A stretch of DNA of 64,000 nt from an uncultured Nitrososphaerales archaeon (lineage in GTDB: Archaea; Thermoproteota; Nitrososphaeria; Nitrososphaerales; Nitrososphaeraceae), in assembly GCA_963713605.1 (NCBI GenBank), contig CAVQMO010000012.1:96001-160000 (forward strand), given 5' to 3'. The stretch's first letter is position 1; each line of letters opens with the position of its first letter. Positions 8,846-21,451 of this stretch are shown in pieces. The translations under genes and the position numbers were made by a program. A model generated the notes under the pieces. The model saw only the letters and a program-made list of their open reading frames with translations. It was not told where the DNA came from and made no database searches.

Positions 8846-11247
8846 ATGAATAAATTTCCTGAGGAGTTAAATGAGCCCTCTAAGGATAAGATACTGATTG
8901 ATAAAACTCGGTTGCTCATAGCACTAAGAGAATCGCACACGTTAGAAGATGTACAAGCTCGATTACTTGGAACAGAACTTGTACTTGAAAGCGATATGCG
9001 AAGGAATAATGAAACAGGACGTGAACGACCAACGGAATTAATCAATCATACAGATAAACGCTACTGGACCCGATCACGGGAAGGTAACCCTATAAGCGAG
9101 GGAACACTTAATAGATTAAGCGAAATATTTTCTGAGCAACTTGATTGGATAGGACCTGTGTACCAGAACCCAGACCAATCTGGTCGTGAAGGATTATTTT
9201 GTCCGATACCAAATGTTCTGGTCATTAAGTTTGCTACTTCCTTGAGTAGTAAAGACAGCGAATTGTTAGAAATACTTGCTAGGTATAATATGGAAGAGGT
9301 GATTGAAAAATCTAAGTATCTAAATGAGTATCACTACTTTATCATAAAGAATATTGGGAATGAAAATGCCTATCAAATTAAATACATATTATTAAATGAA
9401 TCCCAGTTTGTTAACGAAGTAGTATATGAAAGTATGCCAATGATATTTCCCGCATCCTTACAACCCAATGACACCCATTTTGGTGACCAATGGAATATGA
9501 CACGTATTGGAGCAGGAGGTAAGGGAACTTCAGCTTGGGATACTTCAACTGGTATTAATAATGTGGTTATTTGTATCTTAGATACAGGATGTGATTTAAC
9601 TCATCCTGATTTACAGTTTTCCACACCAGGAGTTCATTTGGATGATATGAAACCAGATGGTTCTCCAATAGAACACCCTTCAGTCCCTGGGGTGTCTGCT
9701 CATGGAACTTCATGTGCTGGTATTGCAGCTGCCATTTTTAATAATAGTCTAGGGGTTGCAGGTGTTGCTGGATCTTGCCAGATAATGCCTCTTGCTCTAA
9801 AGAACTGGACAAGTGCGGAGCTAGCTGCTGGAATCAATTTCGCAAGGATAAATGGCGCCCAAGTTATCAACATGAGTCTTAGAATGGATGCTCTTACCCC
9901 CCTACAAAAGGTGCTTGTGGATGATGCCCTCCAAAGTGCTTCTAATAACAATGTAATAATGTGCGCTATCGCGGGTAACGAAAACGCCAATAAAATAGCT
10001 TATCCAGGATCAAATTCAGCAGTTATTGCTTGCGGAGCATCTGACCAGATAGATAATCGCAAATCACCGACAAGTCCAGATGGCGAAACTTGGTGGGGAT
10101 CAAACTTTGGACCGGAGATATCGGTAGCAGCTCCAGGTGTAAGAATTCCAACAACTGACAACCAGGGAACTGCTGGATTCAATCCGGTAGTACCTCCTAA
10201 ACCAGGAGAATATGGTGATACTAATTATACGAAGTTTTTCAATGGAACCTCAGCCTGCCACTCCACATGTAGCAGGCCTTGCTGCGTTAATTAGAACTTT
10301 GTTTCCAGTGTTTACAAATGCTCAAGTTCAGGCAGCGAATTGAAAAAAATACCGATAAGGTTGGAACGGTACCTTACACTAATGCAGCTGGTCACCCAAA
10401 TGGAACTTGGAATCAAGAAATGGGTTACGGCCGTATTAATGCTGTTAAAGCCTTAATAGAACCTCGTGACTTATGGATAGCCTGGAAAGGCTCTGGTAAC
10501 GATCAACTCAATGCTATGAGCGTATTTGAGCCAAATAAGAGGATTGTATTAGATGAAACAAGTGATACTTCTCTTGCATTAGTTGCCTTTAGAAATAGTT
10601 TTTGGATAGCCTGGAAGGGCTCTGGTAACTATCAACTTAATGTTATGGATATATTTAATCCCAATAGTAAGATGGTCTTAGACGAAGAAAGTGACACTTT
10701 CCCAGCGTTGACAACCCATAACGACCAGTTATGGATAGCCTGGAAAGGCTCTGGTAACGATCAGCTTAATGTTATGGATGTATTTAATCCAAGCAGTAAA
10801 ATAGTTTTTAATGAGAAAATCGATGTTTCTCCTACAATATCTTCCAATGATGACTTGATATGTATAGCCTGGAAGGGCTCGGGTAACGATCAACTTAATT
10901 TTATGAACAACATCACCGTTCCAGGTACTATAATAGTCTTGAGTGATGAGAGTGAAACTTCCCCTTCATTAACCCGATTTAGTGAAGCTTTTTGGTTAGG
11001 CTGGAGAGGCTTGAATAACGATCTACTCAATGCTATGAATGTAGATATTCCCTCAACTAAGATAGTATCAGACCAAGAAAGTTCTCATTCACCCTCAGTT
11101 ACTGAATTCGACGATGACTTGTGGATAGCCTGGAAAGGCTCGGGTAACGATCAACTCAATGTTATGGATATATTTAATCCAAGCAGTAAAAGGGTAATGC
11201 CTGATTCAAGTGATACTGCACCATCAATAGCTTCTTTTAATCCATGA
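8846..11247 (+). CDS. S8 subtilase with C-terminal six-repeat putative beta-propeller; split by two frameshifts (about 10255 and 10329)
   Basis: Triad ILDTG, HGTSCAG, NGTSA; ATPHVAGLAAL continues in a shifted frame; six 43-aa WIAWKGSGNDQLN repeats. Confidence 0.85.
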
Positions 11248-11581
11248 CTGTAACGCAATAGTTGTTATATGACCGACCAAGAACCGGTCCTGACGATATG
11301 AAGATCTTTTGTCAGATCATATCTTGCATGTTGGCAACGTTCAAATTTAATCTAATGAGCCAGTAGCATCTCTGAGCCAGTTGCTAGAATAGGTACAGAT
11401 AGTAGTCAGACATTCGATCCAATATTGAAATTAGCAAACTAACTGAACCAATGGCGTAGCAAGCGGATAAGGGAGACCCTTTCTTCATTTTTCCACCATT
11501 AATCAAACGCATACGCATTTTCTCTATTCTAAATGTTCTGGCATTGATAAAAGAATAGCTAGCGGTGAAATTAGTTTAGTC

Positions 11582-11860
11582 ATGGCTGCCCCAGGTAGTT
11601 ATGTAGAGCCCGAAGTGAGGGAAAGAAGGCTACGCGACCTTGCCAATAGGCTTATTGATGAAGAACGGATTGAACCCGATAACGTGGTTCAATCAAAGCG
11701 CGAGTATGCAAATATCAAGCAGGATTTGACTCAGGAGTTTTTGAAATTCATAAAGATAAGTGAAGAATGTGAGATAGACCGTGGCATATTAGAGGCGGTT
11801 GTTTACAATGACATTGCTGAAGAAATACATACGGCTTTGAAAAAGTTTGATAATGTGTGA
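11582..11860 (+). CDS. Hypothetical protein
   Basis: 92 aa ATG-started ORF with protein-like charged composition. Confidence 0.5.
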   Translation: MAAPGSYVEPEVRERRLRDLANRLIDEERIEPDNVVQSKREYANIKQDLTQEFLKFIKISEECEIDRGILEAVVYNDIAEEIHTALKKFDNV

Positions 11861-11994
11861 TAAAATGCTAGTAAGGGATTACAGGAATTTTTAGAAAAAG
11901 GCAGGAAAATGAAATGGGGTGGAGACTCGAGTCGAAAACAGCTTTGAACAGAATTAGGAAAACAAATACTGCCAAGACAGCAGCGCTTTTGGGT

Positions 11995-12603
11995 TCATAT
12001 CTCACTCAGAAGTCTTGTTTTTACTGCCTCGAACTCTTTATCTGATACCATGCCTTTCTCCTTCAAAGCTGAGAGTCTTTCTAGTCTTGAAATGGGATCA
12101 TCGGGTTTCTGTTGTTGCTGTACTACTATATCGCCTGTGACATCATCCAGTCCAAAATCACCGTGCATTCCCTTTCTAATGGCACCGAACAACTCTTCTG
12201 CAACTTCCTTTGAAACTGCTGGCAGCTTCACTTTTTCGGAATTAAATCTGGGAGTTAGTTCTATTGCGGTCGTAAAGATACCTCTGTGAAGCTCCACGTT
12301 TGCCAGATCTTCATATGCATAGTCCATCAAATCTACCTTAAGACCCCACATTCTTGGATTTCTAAAGATAATACGTTTGTTTGTCACATAGATAGAGTTT
12401 GGTGTGGCTATGCTACCGCCTGGCATCATTCTGCTCTGGTCTGCATTAATTAGTACTTGTTCGCCTTCAGTTAGCATCTTGTCGATACTTGTCTTTGCAT
12501 CTGCGCTGGTTATCTCAAGAGCTTTAGTCGGCTTGCGCCAATGTCCTAATTTTCTATCCAGTGTAGTCTTAATTTCAGTCTGCCCCTTTTTCTCATCAAT
12601 CAA
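11995..12603 (-). CDS. Bacterial-type PH domain protein with C-terminal SHOCT domain
   Basis: IYVTNKRIIF...YAYEDLANVELHRGIF; C-terminal LERLSALKEKGMVSDKEFEAVKTRLL. Confidence 0.85.
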   Translation of the reverse strand: MIDEKKGQTEIKTTLDRKLGHWRKPTKALEITSADAKTSIDKMLTEGEQVLINADQSRMMPGGSIATPNSIYVTNKRIIFRNPRMWGLKVDLMDYAYEDLANVELHRGIFTTAIELTPRFNSEKVKLPAVSKEVAEELFGAIRKGMHGDFGLDDVTGDIVVQQQQKPDDPISRLERLSALKEKGMVSDKEFEAVKTRLLSEI

Positions 12604-12967
12604 AGTTCATTTTCTCCCCACAACTAATCACCAGTGAAACTCATTTCTTTGTTTAACTCGTTCAGAAGAAGAAGTGCTCATACTAATACTATATGGAAGA
12701 AAATGCAAGCTCTATCCATAAGTCTAATCTACTACACCAAATTTCGGTGTGTTTATTGCCTGTATTTCAGTATCCAACAAGCATGTATCCTCTTCCCCAG
12801 ACCAAGCCGTATTGAACAGTCCTCCTCGTGATCTTTGAAAACACTTTAAAGTCTTGCCAAACCCCCTTGGGCCCATCCACTACGTGGGTTCATATACTTC
12901 TGGAGAGTATACATCTATTGAACCTGCACCAATTGACGATTACTTACTATGAAAGGAGGAGGTATTG

Positions 12968-13050
12968 ATGCCTACCACGCTTTCTACAACCATTAGACAT
13001 GTTCATGACAGAGTGCCTAATTCTGTGAACTCAACTAGCGCCGGGGCTTA
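12968..13050 (+). pseudogene. Integrase N-terminal remnant (second type)
   Basis: MPTTLSTTIRHVHDRVPNSVNS after a GGAGG motif; resembles thaumarchaeal integrase starts (MPxKLSTT...PN..N), then truncated. Confidence 0.45.
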
Positions 13051-13100
13051 GCACCGCAGTGTAACGCAAGCACTTCCGGATTATATCTGATAAGCCTCTT

Positions 13101-15041
13101 TCAACACCCAAGGCCAATCTTGTAGTTTTGTATTAAATCAAGTAACTGTTGTATACTACCATCATAGTATTGATTGTATCTACTATTTTGCAATAGCTCC
13201 AAAAGCCTAGCCATTTGAGAATCTAAATATTGGCATATATTGTTAATATTACCAGGAGGATTACCATTATCACCATTTCCGTTCTCATCGTTTTGAATAG
13301 GAGGGACGTATACTAATGGCTCGGCTATTCCATCAACATCACCAGTAAAGTATCCTCCTCTTCCTTGTTGGTCACAAATAGAGGATGGCTTATTTGCCAT
13401 TTGTATAAGCGCATTTTTTACATCCGCTGCAGAAGCGCTGGGGCTGGCTGCCTTAATCAAACCAGCCACACCGGAAACATGTGCTACAGACATACTTGTA
13501 CCACTGACTGTTGCATACCCTCCTCCTATGTATGTAGACACGATGTTGACTCCCGGAGCAGCCAAAGATACAGTAGACCCATAATTACTAAAGCTGGCAA
13601 AAGTGTCATCTGCTCCAAAACTAGTGGACGACCCAATCCCTCCACATTTACCATCGGAATCAGCAATAGCAGATACTGCTATAACGTTGTTGATATTCGC
13701 TGGCGAAAAGGTGGATGCATCAATACGACCGTTTCCTGCTGCTGCTACAAATGTGATCCCTTTTGATATGAGATATTGAATAGCCAGATCCAAAGCAGTC
13801 GAATAGCAGTTATTGCATCCAAAGCTCATATTTATTACGTCTACTTCTGATGTGTGTTGTCCTAGATAATCGATGCCTTTTATTATGTTAGATATGAGAC
13901 CTTGACCATTACTATCAAGTACTTTAACTGCCCATAATCTCGCCCCTGGAGCTATTCCTACTACTCCTAAATTGTTATCTCTGGCTGCAGCTATTCCAGC
14001 TACATGAGTACCATGACCATTGTCATCGTCTGCAGACTGAGTTCCAGGTACGAGTGATATCTGATTGTATACATTAAGAAGGTCAGGATGGTCTAAATCG
14101 ATGCCGGTATCCAGAAGGGCGATGTCTACATTAACTGGATCATCGGGATATTGATCATCATTACTTAAAACAGAAGGGTGAACCCTATTAACTCCTGTCG
14201 GGATTGTTGTTGTTGTTGTTGTTGTCCCTGTCCTTGGTCTTGTTGTTGCTGCAGTAGTTGCTCCTGCTGCTGTAGAGTCGAGTATGACTGTTCATTTAAT
14301 TGTTGAGGGATGAATATTGGCTGTTCGAGCTGTGGTGGCAGTATTGACGGTGGCAACAAGGGGTGTTGTTGAAGTTGCTGCTGCGTATGTACGTACGGCA
14401 GTTCAACACTAGGAATAGGTGCCGACTGATCCTGCGGTACGACGGGAAATAATGGATCCAATACTTGTCGCTGTAGCTGTTGGTTGAATCTTGTGACTTT
14501 AGATGGCAGCATTTCTAATGATTCAGACTCGTATTGTTGAGGATCGTTAGAGAAAAATTGTTGACCGTATACTACCCTATCTTGTTCAACAAATGCCACA
14601 CGAGGATCGTTTGCGAGAGAGTTAAAATCCTGCTGATCAGACACCGAAACCGTAAATCCTTTGATTGTAGAATCATAGACATCAAGTATGCTTGCGCAGT
14701 ACCCTGAAGGTGAAATCATTTCGTTAGCCATTGCATACACCGTATCTACATTACTCTGATCTTTTAGCACAACAATAAACTGATTAGGCACGGTACTTGG
14801 ATTTCCTATGTCTGGACCGGAGGATAAAGCAGAACTAGTGACAGGAGCACGACCAGGTACTTTGCTGCCCAACGATATTTGATTGCTCTTGCATATACTG
14901 GAAAGGAGGATAATGGATTTGAGCATAAACTATCCATATTTGGCTATTTATTAAGCATGCGACTAATGTGAGAATGGCGATGACTAGGGTTAGTCTATAA
15001 ATAAAACTGCTATGAACCAAGTAATAAGACAAATACTTCAA
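13101..15041 (-). CDS. Secreted S8 subtilisin with I9-type propeptide and Gln/Pro-rich linker; two frameshifts (about 14850 and 14203)
   Basis: Signal-like N-terminus, VPNQFIVVLKD...VAFVEQD propeptide, LDTGID, HGTHVAG (in frame upstream of 13829), SGTSMS. Confidence 0.85.
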
Positions 15042-15599
15042 GTATTAGCATATGTATGCCAATATTCATTTAAGGTTTCTTACATAATCTGGAAAGAAAG
15101 AACCCAGAAAAGGTGAAAAGTGTCTGAGTACTGACGACGGAGGGCCCTGACCGGCTGGACTTGTGGTAATGAGCTACCTACATTATTGATGACATGCCAG
15201 GACCCAAAAATGCATGGGTACAAAGGGTAATAAGCCGCGTAAAGTGTCATTAAGTTTCATCCGTCACTGCAAAAGCTGATAGTTTCTTTGAGAACAGTAG
15301 TAGTTATCGATGACTAGAAGCCTGGACAAACAACAAACATCGCATGATGATATACTTGATACATTTAGGCTTGCTTTATGCAACTATGAACCTCCCAAGA
15401 ATTGATACATAAAATAATATGTATTCTATGCTCTTTCTTTACTGACCACAAGAGGTGACACCAGCCTTTTTTAACTGCGGGCAATGTGTTCGATAACCTG
15501 CGACGAGTTTGAGAATATCACATATACAGTGAGTATTTGAGCCCCCTTATTGATACAAAGGTTATATTATATGTCAGCTCTACTGGAATAATGTATTCA

Positions 15600-16098
15600 A
15601 TGAACCAAAAGTGTGTTGTTGCTGTAGTACTTTCCTCTTTCATTTCAATAGCAGCAGCCGCTTCAGGATTGACAAACGAGGTATTAGGTCAACAACAACA
15701 ACAAAACACTACAAGTGCCAACGCTACCTCATCCAATCAAACGCAAGGAGCAGGCCCAGGACCTATGGCTGCCCTAACACAATCAGATTTCGAAGAACTA
15801 ACAGGTAACTTAAATTCAGCACGTGAAGCCATACAAGACAATGATCTTGCGGGAGCAGTCGGCGATTTAGGTTCTGCAGAAACTGAAGTACGAATTTTCA
15901 TGACACAAGTTGGAGGAGAGGATAGTACCTGGCGGGCAACAACTATTGAAATTATTAAATCACATAAACGCGGCTCAGGATGCTTCAGGTAATAATGATA
16001 CTATGAAAGTATTCCAAAGAATAAACACGGCAGATACTGAATTACTTAAGATAACACAAAAACTTCCATCAGGAGAAGACGAAGACGAAGACGATTAA
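15600..16098 (+). CDS. Secreted helical-bundle protein, frameshift near 15927
   Basis: Signal peptide followed by LNSAREAIQDND and INAAQDASGNND helices in two overlapping ORFs. Confidence 0.65.
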
Positions 16099-16558
16099 GA
16101 AGTAAGAAAATTAATCCTCTATTTTTCTCGGAGTCTATCTGTACGAAGTGATACGTCAATCTTTATCTCTGCAGTCATGACATTAGTTAGTTAGTCTGCC
16201 AGTAGACGCCAACCATGGTACTCTATTACTGCTTGCTGGTTACTATTCTTGTCATTTTCGCTTTGCTTTATGAACTCCATAAAGTTTGTACAATCCATTA
16301 TGCAGTTACAATAAATGCAAATCCATCTCATTGCTCTAAGAATATTACATACTCTGTTTATATAAGATTCTTATATTATAGTTCTCCAATAATGTTGTGA
16401 ACTAAGTTCACAGTCCTGTTCATAGATTTCTTCTTGAAGTAGGATCAGTTTTTAGGATCTTTTTCTATTTTATACTAGGGAATAATTATAATAATGAACC
16501 TCTCGCTGGCCTGTTTAGCAAACGATCATAGGGCATGTAAATGGAGTGATAACATTAC

Positions 16559-16882
16559 TTGCGAATGTCGCTGCCACCCTGTAAATCGACGATAGAAAAG
16601 AAGTTGTCCGGCACTGATGATGATGACGACCTACCAAGTGAAGTAGAGATAAATGAATGGACCCGAAAGTCAAGGAAGGAAGGCATATGCGGTATAGTAA
16701 ATTGCGTCAACAAGCAAATCACTCAATGTAAAAAATGCACTAACTATTATTGTTCAGAACATTTTCCCCCACACCTTGACCTATTACCAGACAGCAGCGA
16801 CTTTGAATACAATAGTAATAGCAGTTCAAATGATGGTCTCGAACTTTATATGGAAGAGGATGAATCTAATGACTTGGATTGA
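16559..16882 (+). CDS. Small acidic zinc-finger protein
   Basis: CGIVNC...CKKCTNYYCSEH. Confidence 0.6.
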   Translation: MRMSLPPCKSTIEKKLSGTDDDDDLPSEVEINEWTRKSRKEGICGIVNCVNKQITQCKKCTNYYCSEHFPPHLDLLPDSSDFEYNSNSSSNDGLELYMEEDESNDLD

Positions 16883-17077
16883 CGTTACTAGTTAGAGAGC
16901 AACAAAGTCCTGGGCGTGAAAGTGTTAAAACATTATGGCCAAAATAAGATTTTAAGTTAATAGTTGACAAGTAAAGTATCCCATACGTATGGTTTATAGA
17001 ATAGTAAAGAAGCAATGTAATAAGGAAAATATGTCACTCTTTCATTACTAATACCATCATCATCATCTTTATTTGTA

Positions 17078-17443
17078 TTAGTCTGTGCCCCAGGGATTTT
17101 CAATAACCATCTGACTGGCGACGTAAAACTATAGTTCCTCTGCCAACAGAATTAATTCGGCCTTATTAGCGGGTTTAGTTCCAGCAATCGACCATTCCGT
17201 GGTTAGAAGTGCAAGATCGCTTGCATGAATTACTCTTTTTACTTTGGCTTCTAGTCTAGCTCCCATGTTAATGAAACTTTGTAGAATCCGGCGTATACTA
17301 TTCAGATCATTAACAACTTGTCCTGGCTCAGAAGCAAAGCATGCATCTTTTTCATACAGCGTCATCAAGAAGTTAGTGTTTCCTTTATTGAATTCTTCTA
17401 CTTGTGAATTGAGCAAGTCTTCCGGGGTCAGAAATTCTGACAT
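17078..17443 (-). pseudogene. SnoaL/DUF4440 (YybH-like) protein, disrupted near the 3' end
   Basis: FNKGN..LMTLYEKDA; VLRRQSDG and VIENPWG lie in other frames. Confidence 0.75.
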
Positions 17444-17897
17444 TGGTATTACATTTTCGTATTCCTAGTAAATGTCATTCGCATTCGCATAGATTCAATC
17501 ATACGTAGACCACTTCTTCTTAATATCAAGGGCTGCGATTAAAGGTTTGTCGCTATCCATTTCCGCTATACATGAAGTAAAGAAGGAAGGTAAACCGTAA
17601 TGGCAAGGCTAACAAGTACCCATGTTTGTTTCTAAATAACTACGATCCTTATTAGTAATCTGGAGAAAATAATATACATAATATCTGAAAACACAGATTT
17701 TGAAACTATTTCACCGCTAGTTTCCCTTTATTTTAATAGAGCCATTTGTCCTGAAAACCGGGTTCTGGGGGAGACGGGAACTTGGCTGATAACCGAGTCT
17801 CGTTCAATTATTATTATCACTCCTAAGTTTTCTGTAACGTGCGTCCACGATGATCTTTATAAGGAATGCTGTGTATGATACGTAAAAGTGAAGTATA

Positions 17898-18071
17898 ATG
17901 GGCAAATGGAAATGCCTGTGGTGTTCTAAGGTTCTGGAAGGTGATTCTTTTATGGACCTGGTCACTGTCTATACAGATAACAATGAACGACCACATGCTT
18001 GGGAAAATATAACCTTAGTTGAAGAAGAAGCCGCATTAGCGAATAAATTATTGCCTAGCCTTCATTCCTGA
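17898..18071 (+). CDS. 57-aa CxxC microprotein
   Basis: MGKWKCLWCSKVLEGDSFMDLV...PHAWEN. Confidence 0.45.
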   Translation: MGKWKCLWCSKVLEGDSFMDLVTVYTDNNERPHAWENITLVEEEAALANKLLPSLHS

Positions 18072-18989
18072 TTTGCTTTTTACTCCGGTATAATTCAGGA
18101 CGGTAAAATAGAATAGTCCTTATTTCACTACACTTTCAATACGAGCATCAAGACCCAATGTTTGATATTCCCGTGCAGTTTATCATTTTTATTTCACGTA
18201 TCTCATTTTTCATCATGGAGCTTGGATTGACCGGGATCTAGATGTAACACGTTATTAAGTGGAAGAATCTTTGGAACAAAAAATACGGAAGCAGATTATG
18301 ATATAGTAATTGAAGAGCTATGAACACAAGAAAAATAGTGCATAGGCTCTACTGGTCTTTATTCTAAATTGATGACTATATATTCCGTTATTTCTCTTCT
18401 GACTAGGATTCAACGGACTCCTAGACGTCTCCACCGTTTTCGCCGGCATTATCTACGGAGTCGTCTGCATCATGTTCCAAATCTGCAACAACATCATCTC
18501 CAACATTCTTAACTGTATAGTCTACACCGTCTAAGTGACCAAGGGTTATGTCTAGCACCTCAAATGATACTTTAGTGCCTCTCAAGATAGTTACCGAAGT
18601 CGCTGCGATTGTCACCAACAATATACAAAATATGTTTTTCTGTTGGTTTGCCTCATTGCAGATTTTTATTCAAGTCGTGACTAATAAATATTGGTTTAAT
18701 GCATAAAACATTTTATACTACTGGGCGACAATGAGTTAAAGATATAATACTTGTAATACTTGTAAATCCAACAATATCATTGACATTCTTAAGGAAAGCA
18801 ATTGAAACTGTTTTAACTTGTAATAAGATAGATGGTTGTAGCTAGATTATTCTTTCGAAGATGGTAGAGTAGAAACGTCTGCTTAGGGGCGGCATTGCTA
18901 AGATTTCTATCTTTTAATACCCCTTATAATAAGGAAACTATCAACACCTATGAACTAAAACGTCAACGAATAAGAATGACTCAAGTACA

Positions 18990-19200
18990 ACTATTATATA
19001 GTTTGTAGTTTTAATTTCGGCTACATTATTTGTAGCGGCAATCACTTTAGCAGCAGCGGCAGTAACATCTGTAGGTGGAATATCTATGGTTGCACCTGCA
19101 TCTGCACAAGGTGAAAATATGACTGGTAGCGGCAACGCCACTGGAGGAAGTGTGCCCCCACCCCACCCGATACAAGCGGTGGAATGGCATCACCACTTCC
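18990..19200 (+). pseudogene. Secreted small-protein remnant
   Basis: FVVLISATLFVAAITLAAAAV...APASAQGENMTGSGNATGG with a broken 5' end; boundaries approximate. Confidence 0.45.
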
Positions 19201-19424
19201 TCCTCCATCAATGACACCATAAGTCGCATGCATATTTACAAATAGTAACTGCGACTATACCTATTTTTTTTCATTATATCATTTGGACTCGCCAAGTAGT
19301 GTACCTACAGTTGATACCTTAAAGGAGCTTTACTTGGGTTTCAATTGCAAAGCATACTCTAAATAGATATAGAGATTGGTTTAATAATAAGAATGGCTTG
19401 GAGATCTAGAAAGGAGAGAATCAA

Positions 19425-19921
19425 ATGAGTCTTGAGAAGAATCCTACTACCGGCAAAGTCCTCGAACTTTTCGGACCACCTGTTGAATTTCTGACATCGC
19501 CCCAGGACTCACAAAATGACTTCTGTATACTCAAGGGCACGATCCACCCGGCATCTCTGTTCCGCTTCACACTCACGCCGACACAGAGGATTTTCTCGTC
19601 ATCTCTGGTGAGATAGAGGGATTGAGGCAAGACAGTGAGGGCTACAAGTGGATCGGAGCAAAAACGGGCGATTACATCCATGTACCTTCTAACGCACGGC
19701 ATGCATGGCGCAACGTCTCCAACAAACCTGCTCTAGTTCATATTATCACTACCAAAAGGATGGGACACTTCTTTGAAGAGTCAGGAAGACCAGAGTCTAA
19801 CACTCCTCAGCCTGTAACGTCCGAAGATCTTGCGCGTTTCGCAGAGATCAGTACAAGATATGGATATTGGAACGCTTCTTCCGAAGAGAATGCTTCAGTT
19901 GGGATACGGATGAGTTTCTAA
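19425..19921 (+). CDS. Cupin domain protein, single frameshift near 19542
   Basis: VPLHTHADTEDFLVISG (shifted frame) and GDYIHVPSNARHAWRN. Confidence 0.85.
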
Positions 19922-20428
19922 ATAGTCTACAATTGGGGTTACTAACTTTATTGCCACCCTATGTGGTAAACTGTAGGCCTCGTCAGTTAGTTACGCTAAT
20001 CAATCGAGGATTATTGCGTATTCTCATGAAAAAGGACCATATTGACATTATGAAATTATCATTCTAAATTTAAGCGGATGATTCTGCGCGTAATGTGTGC
20101 TATAGCTAGGCGCTGCCGTCGTGTAGTTACAACATCTGGAGGAACTGTTCACATGTCATCTATATCGAATATGACTCCTTAAATTCCTAGAGTTATTTTT
20201 GCATCGATAAGTGCTCAATGACTGAATGGTATATCATGATCGCCTTCATAGTATGTCTCTATTTCTGCATTGATCAATCGGAACATACCATTGCCTATAA
20301 TACTGAGTGGAGATATCCAATTTGCATTAGAAGAGTATCATTTAAACTCATCTCGTTTTTTACTGTTTAAGCTTATCACAAGAACAAAATATATAGTCTC
20401 AATACATATAGTGATTTTGAAGTATAAT

Positions 20429-21451
20429 ATGCAAGGAATTCACCTATCTTGTTATGTATTGTCATGCTTTGTTGTCGGTTTACTGTTGTTATCTCTTATT
20501 TTTGGACAGGTAGCATTGCCGATACTAGATTTAAGCGTATCAGGCCAAACAGAAAATTATACTTTCTTGATGGCATTAGATTCTGCAAACTTTGAGGACG
20601 AAGGCACTAATAGCGGTGATTTACTTCTTCAGCCCGAAGGTATAGACGTAGATAAAGACGGTAATGTTTTTGTAAATGAGATAGGCGAAAATCGTATCAA
20701 CATATTTGATGCAAACGGCACACTCATAACCACATGGGGGTCAGCAGGAGAGGATTTTGGACAATTCAGTCATCCTCATGGAAATGAGGTAGAGGATGAC
20801 AATAACAATACTGATAAAGTTTATGTCTACATAGCAGATCAAAACAATGACCGCATTCAGAAGTTCTCCAAGAATGGCACTTTTATTACCCAGTGGGGTG
20901 AGGAGGGAGAAGGTGATGGCCAGTTTTTGCATACACATGGGATAGATCTTGATTCAGAAGGAAACGTCTATGTAAGTGACCGAGATCAACCAAGTATTCA
21001 AAAATTCTCTAGTGATGGGACATTCATCAAGAAATGGGGTTCACAAGGAACGTTAGAGGGACAGTTCATTCAGCCTTGGGACGTTTCAGTCAGTTCTGAT
21101 GATAAGGTATTTGTACCTGATTTTGGAAACAATCGGATACAAATATTTTCAAAAGATGGTGATTTCATAACCTCCTGGGGAACTGCTGGATCAGGCCCCG
21201 GGCAATTTGATGGACCTGCCGTAGTAGCATTTGATTCTGAAGGTAATGTATACGTGACTGATTCTGGCAACCAACGTGTACAGAAATTCACTAGCACTGG
21301 AGAATTTATTACCCAGTGGGGTAAAGAGGGACAGGGAAATGGTCAGTTTTCCATGCCCGAAGGTCTTGCAGTAGACTCTTTATCAGGCAGAGTATATGTA
21401 TCTGATACAAGCAATAACAATGTTCAGGTTTTTATTCCTTCAATCAAATAA
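20429..21451 (+). CDS. NHL-repeat six-bladed beta-propeller protein, secreted or membrane-anchored
   Basis: Repeated WGxxGxxxGQFxxPxGxxxDxxGNVYVxD; N-terminal hydrophobic segment; start taken at MQGIH. Confidence 0.9.
   Translation: MQGIHLSCYVLSCFVVGLLLLSLIFGQVALPILDLSVSGQTENYTFLMALDSANFEDEGTNSGDLLLQPEGIDVDKDGNVFVNEIGENRINIFDANGTLITTWGSAGEDFGQFSHPHGNEVEDDNNNTDKVYVYIADQNNDRIQKFSKNGTFITQWGEEGEGDGQFLHTHGIDLDSEGNVYVSDRDQPSIQKFSSDGTFIKKWGSQGTLEGQFIQPWDVSVSSDDKVFVPDFGNNRIQIFSKDGDFITSWGTAGSGPGQFDGPAVVAFDSEGNVYVTDSGNQRVQKFTSTGEFITQWGKEGQGNGQFSMPEGLAVDSLSGRVYVSDTSNNNVQVFIPSIK

Noticed and set aside
10471..11200. CRISPR or DGR interpretation of the repeated TGGATAGCCTGGAAAGGCTC units
   Set aside because: In-frame coding repeats with homologous intervening sequence; no cas or reverse transcriptase gene
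13030..13060. IscB/HEARO omega-RNA-like start (TCAACTA..GGGGCTT)
   Set aside because: Lacks the expected stem and any IscB/TnpB ORF; overlaps the integrase shard
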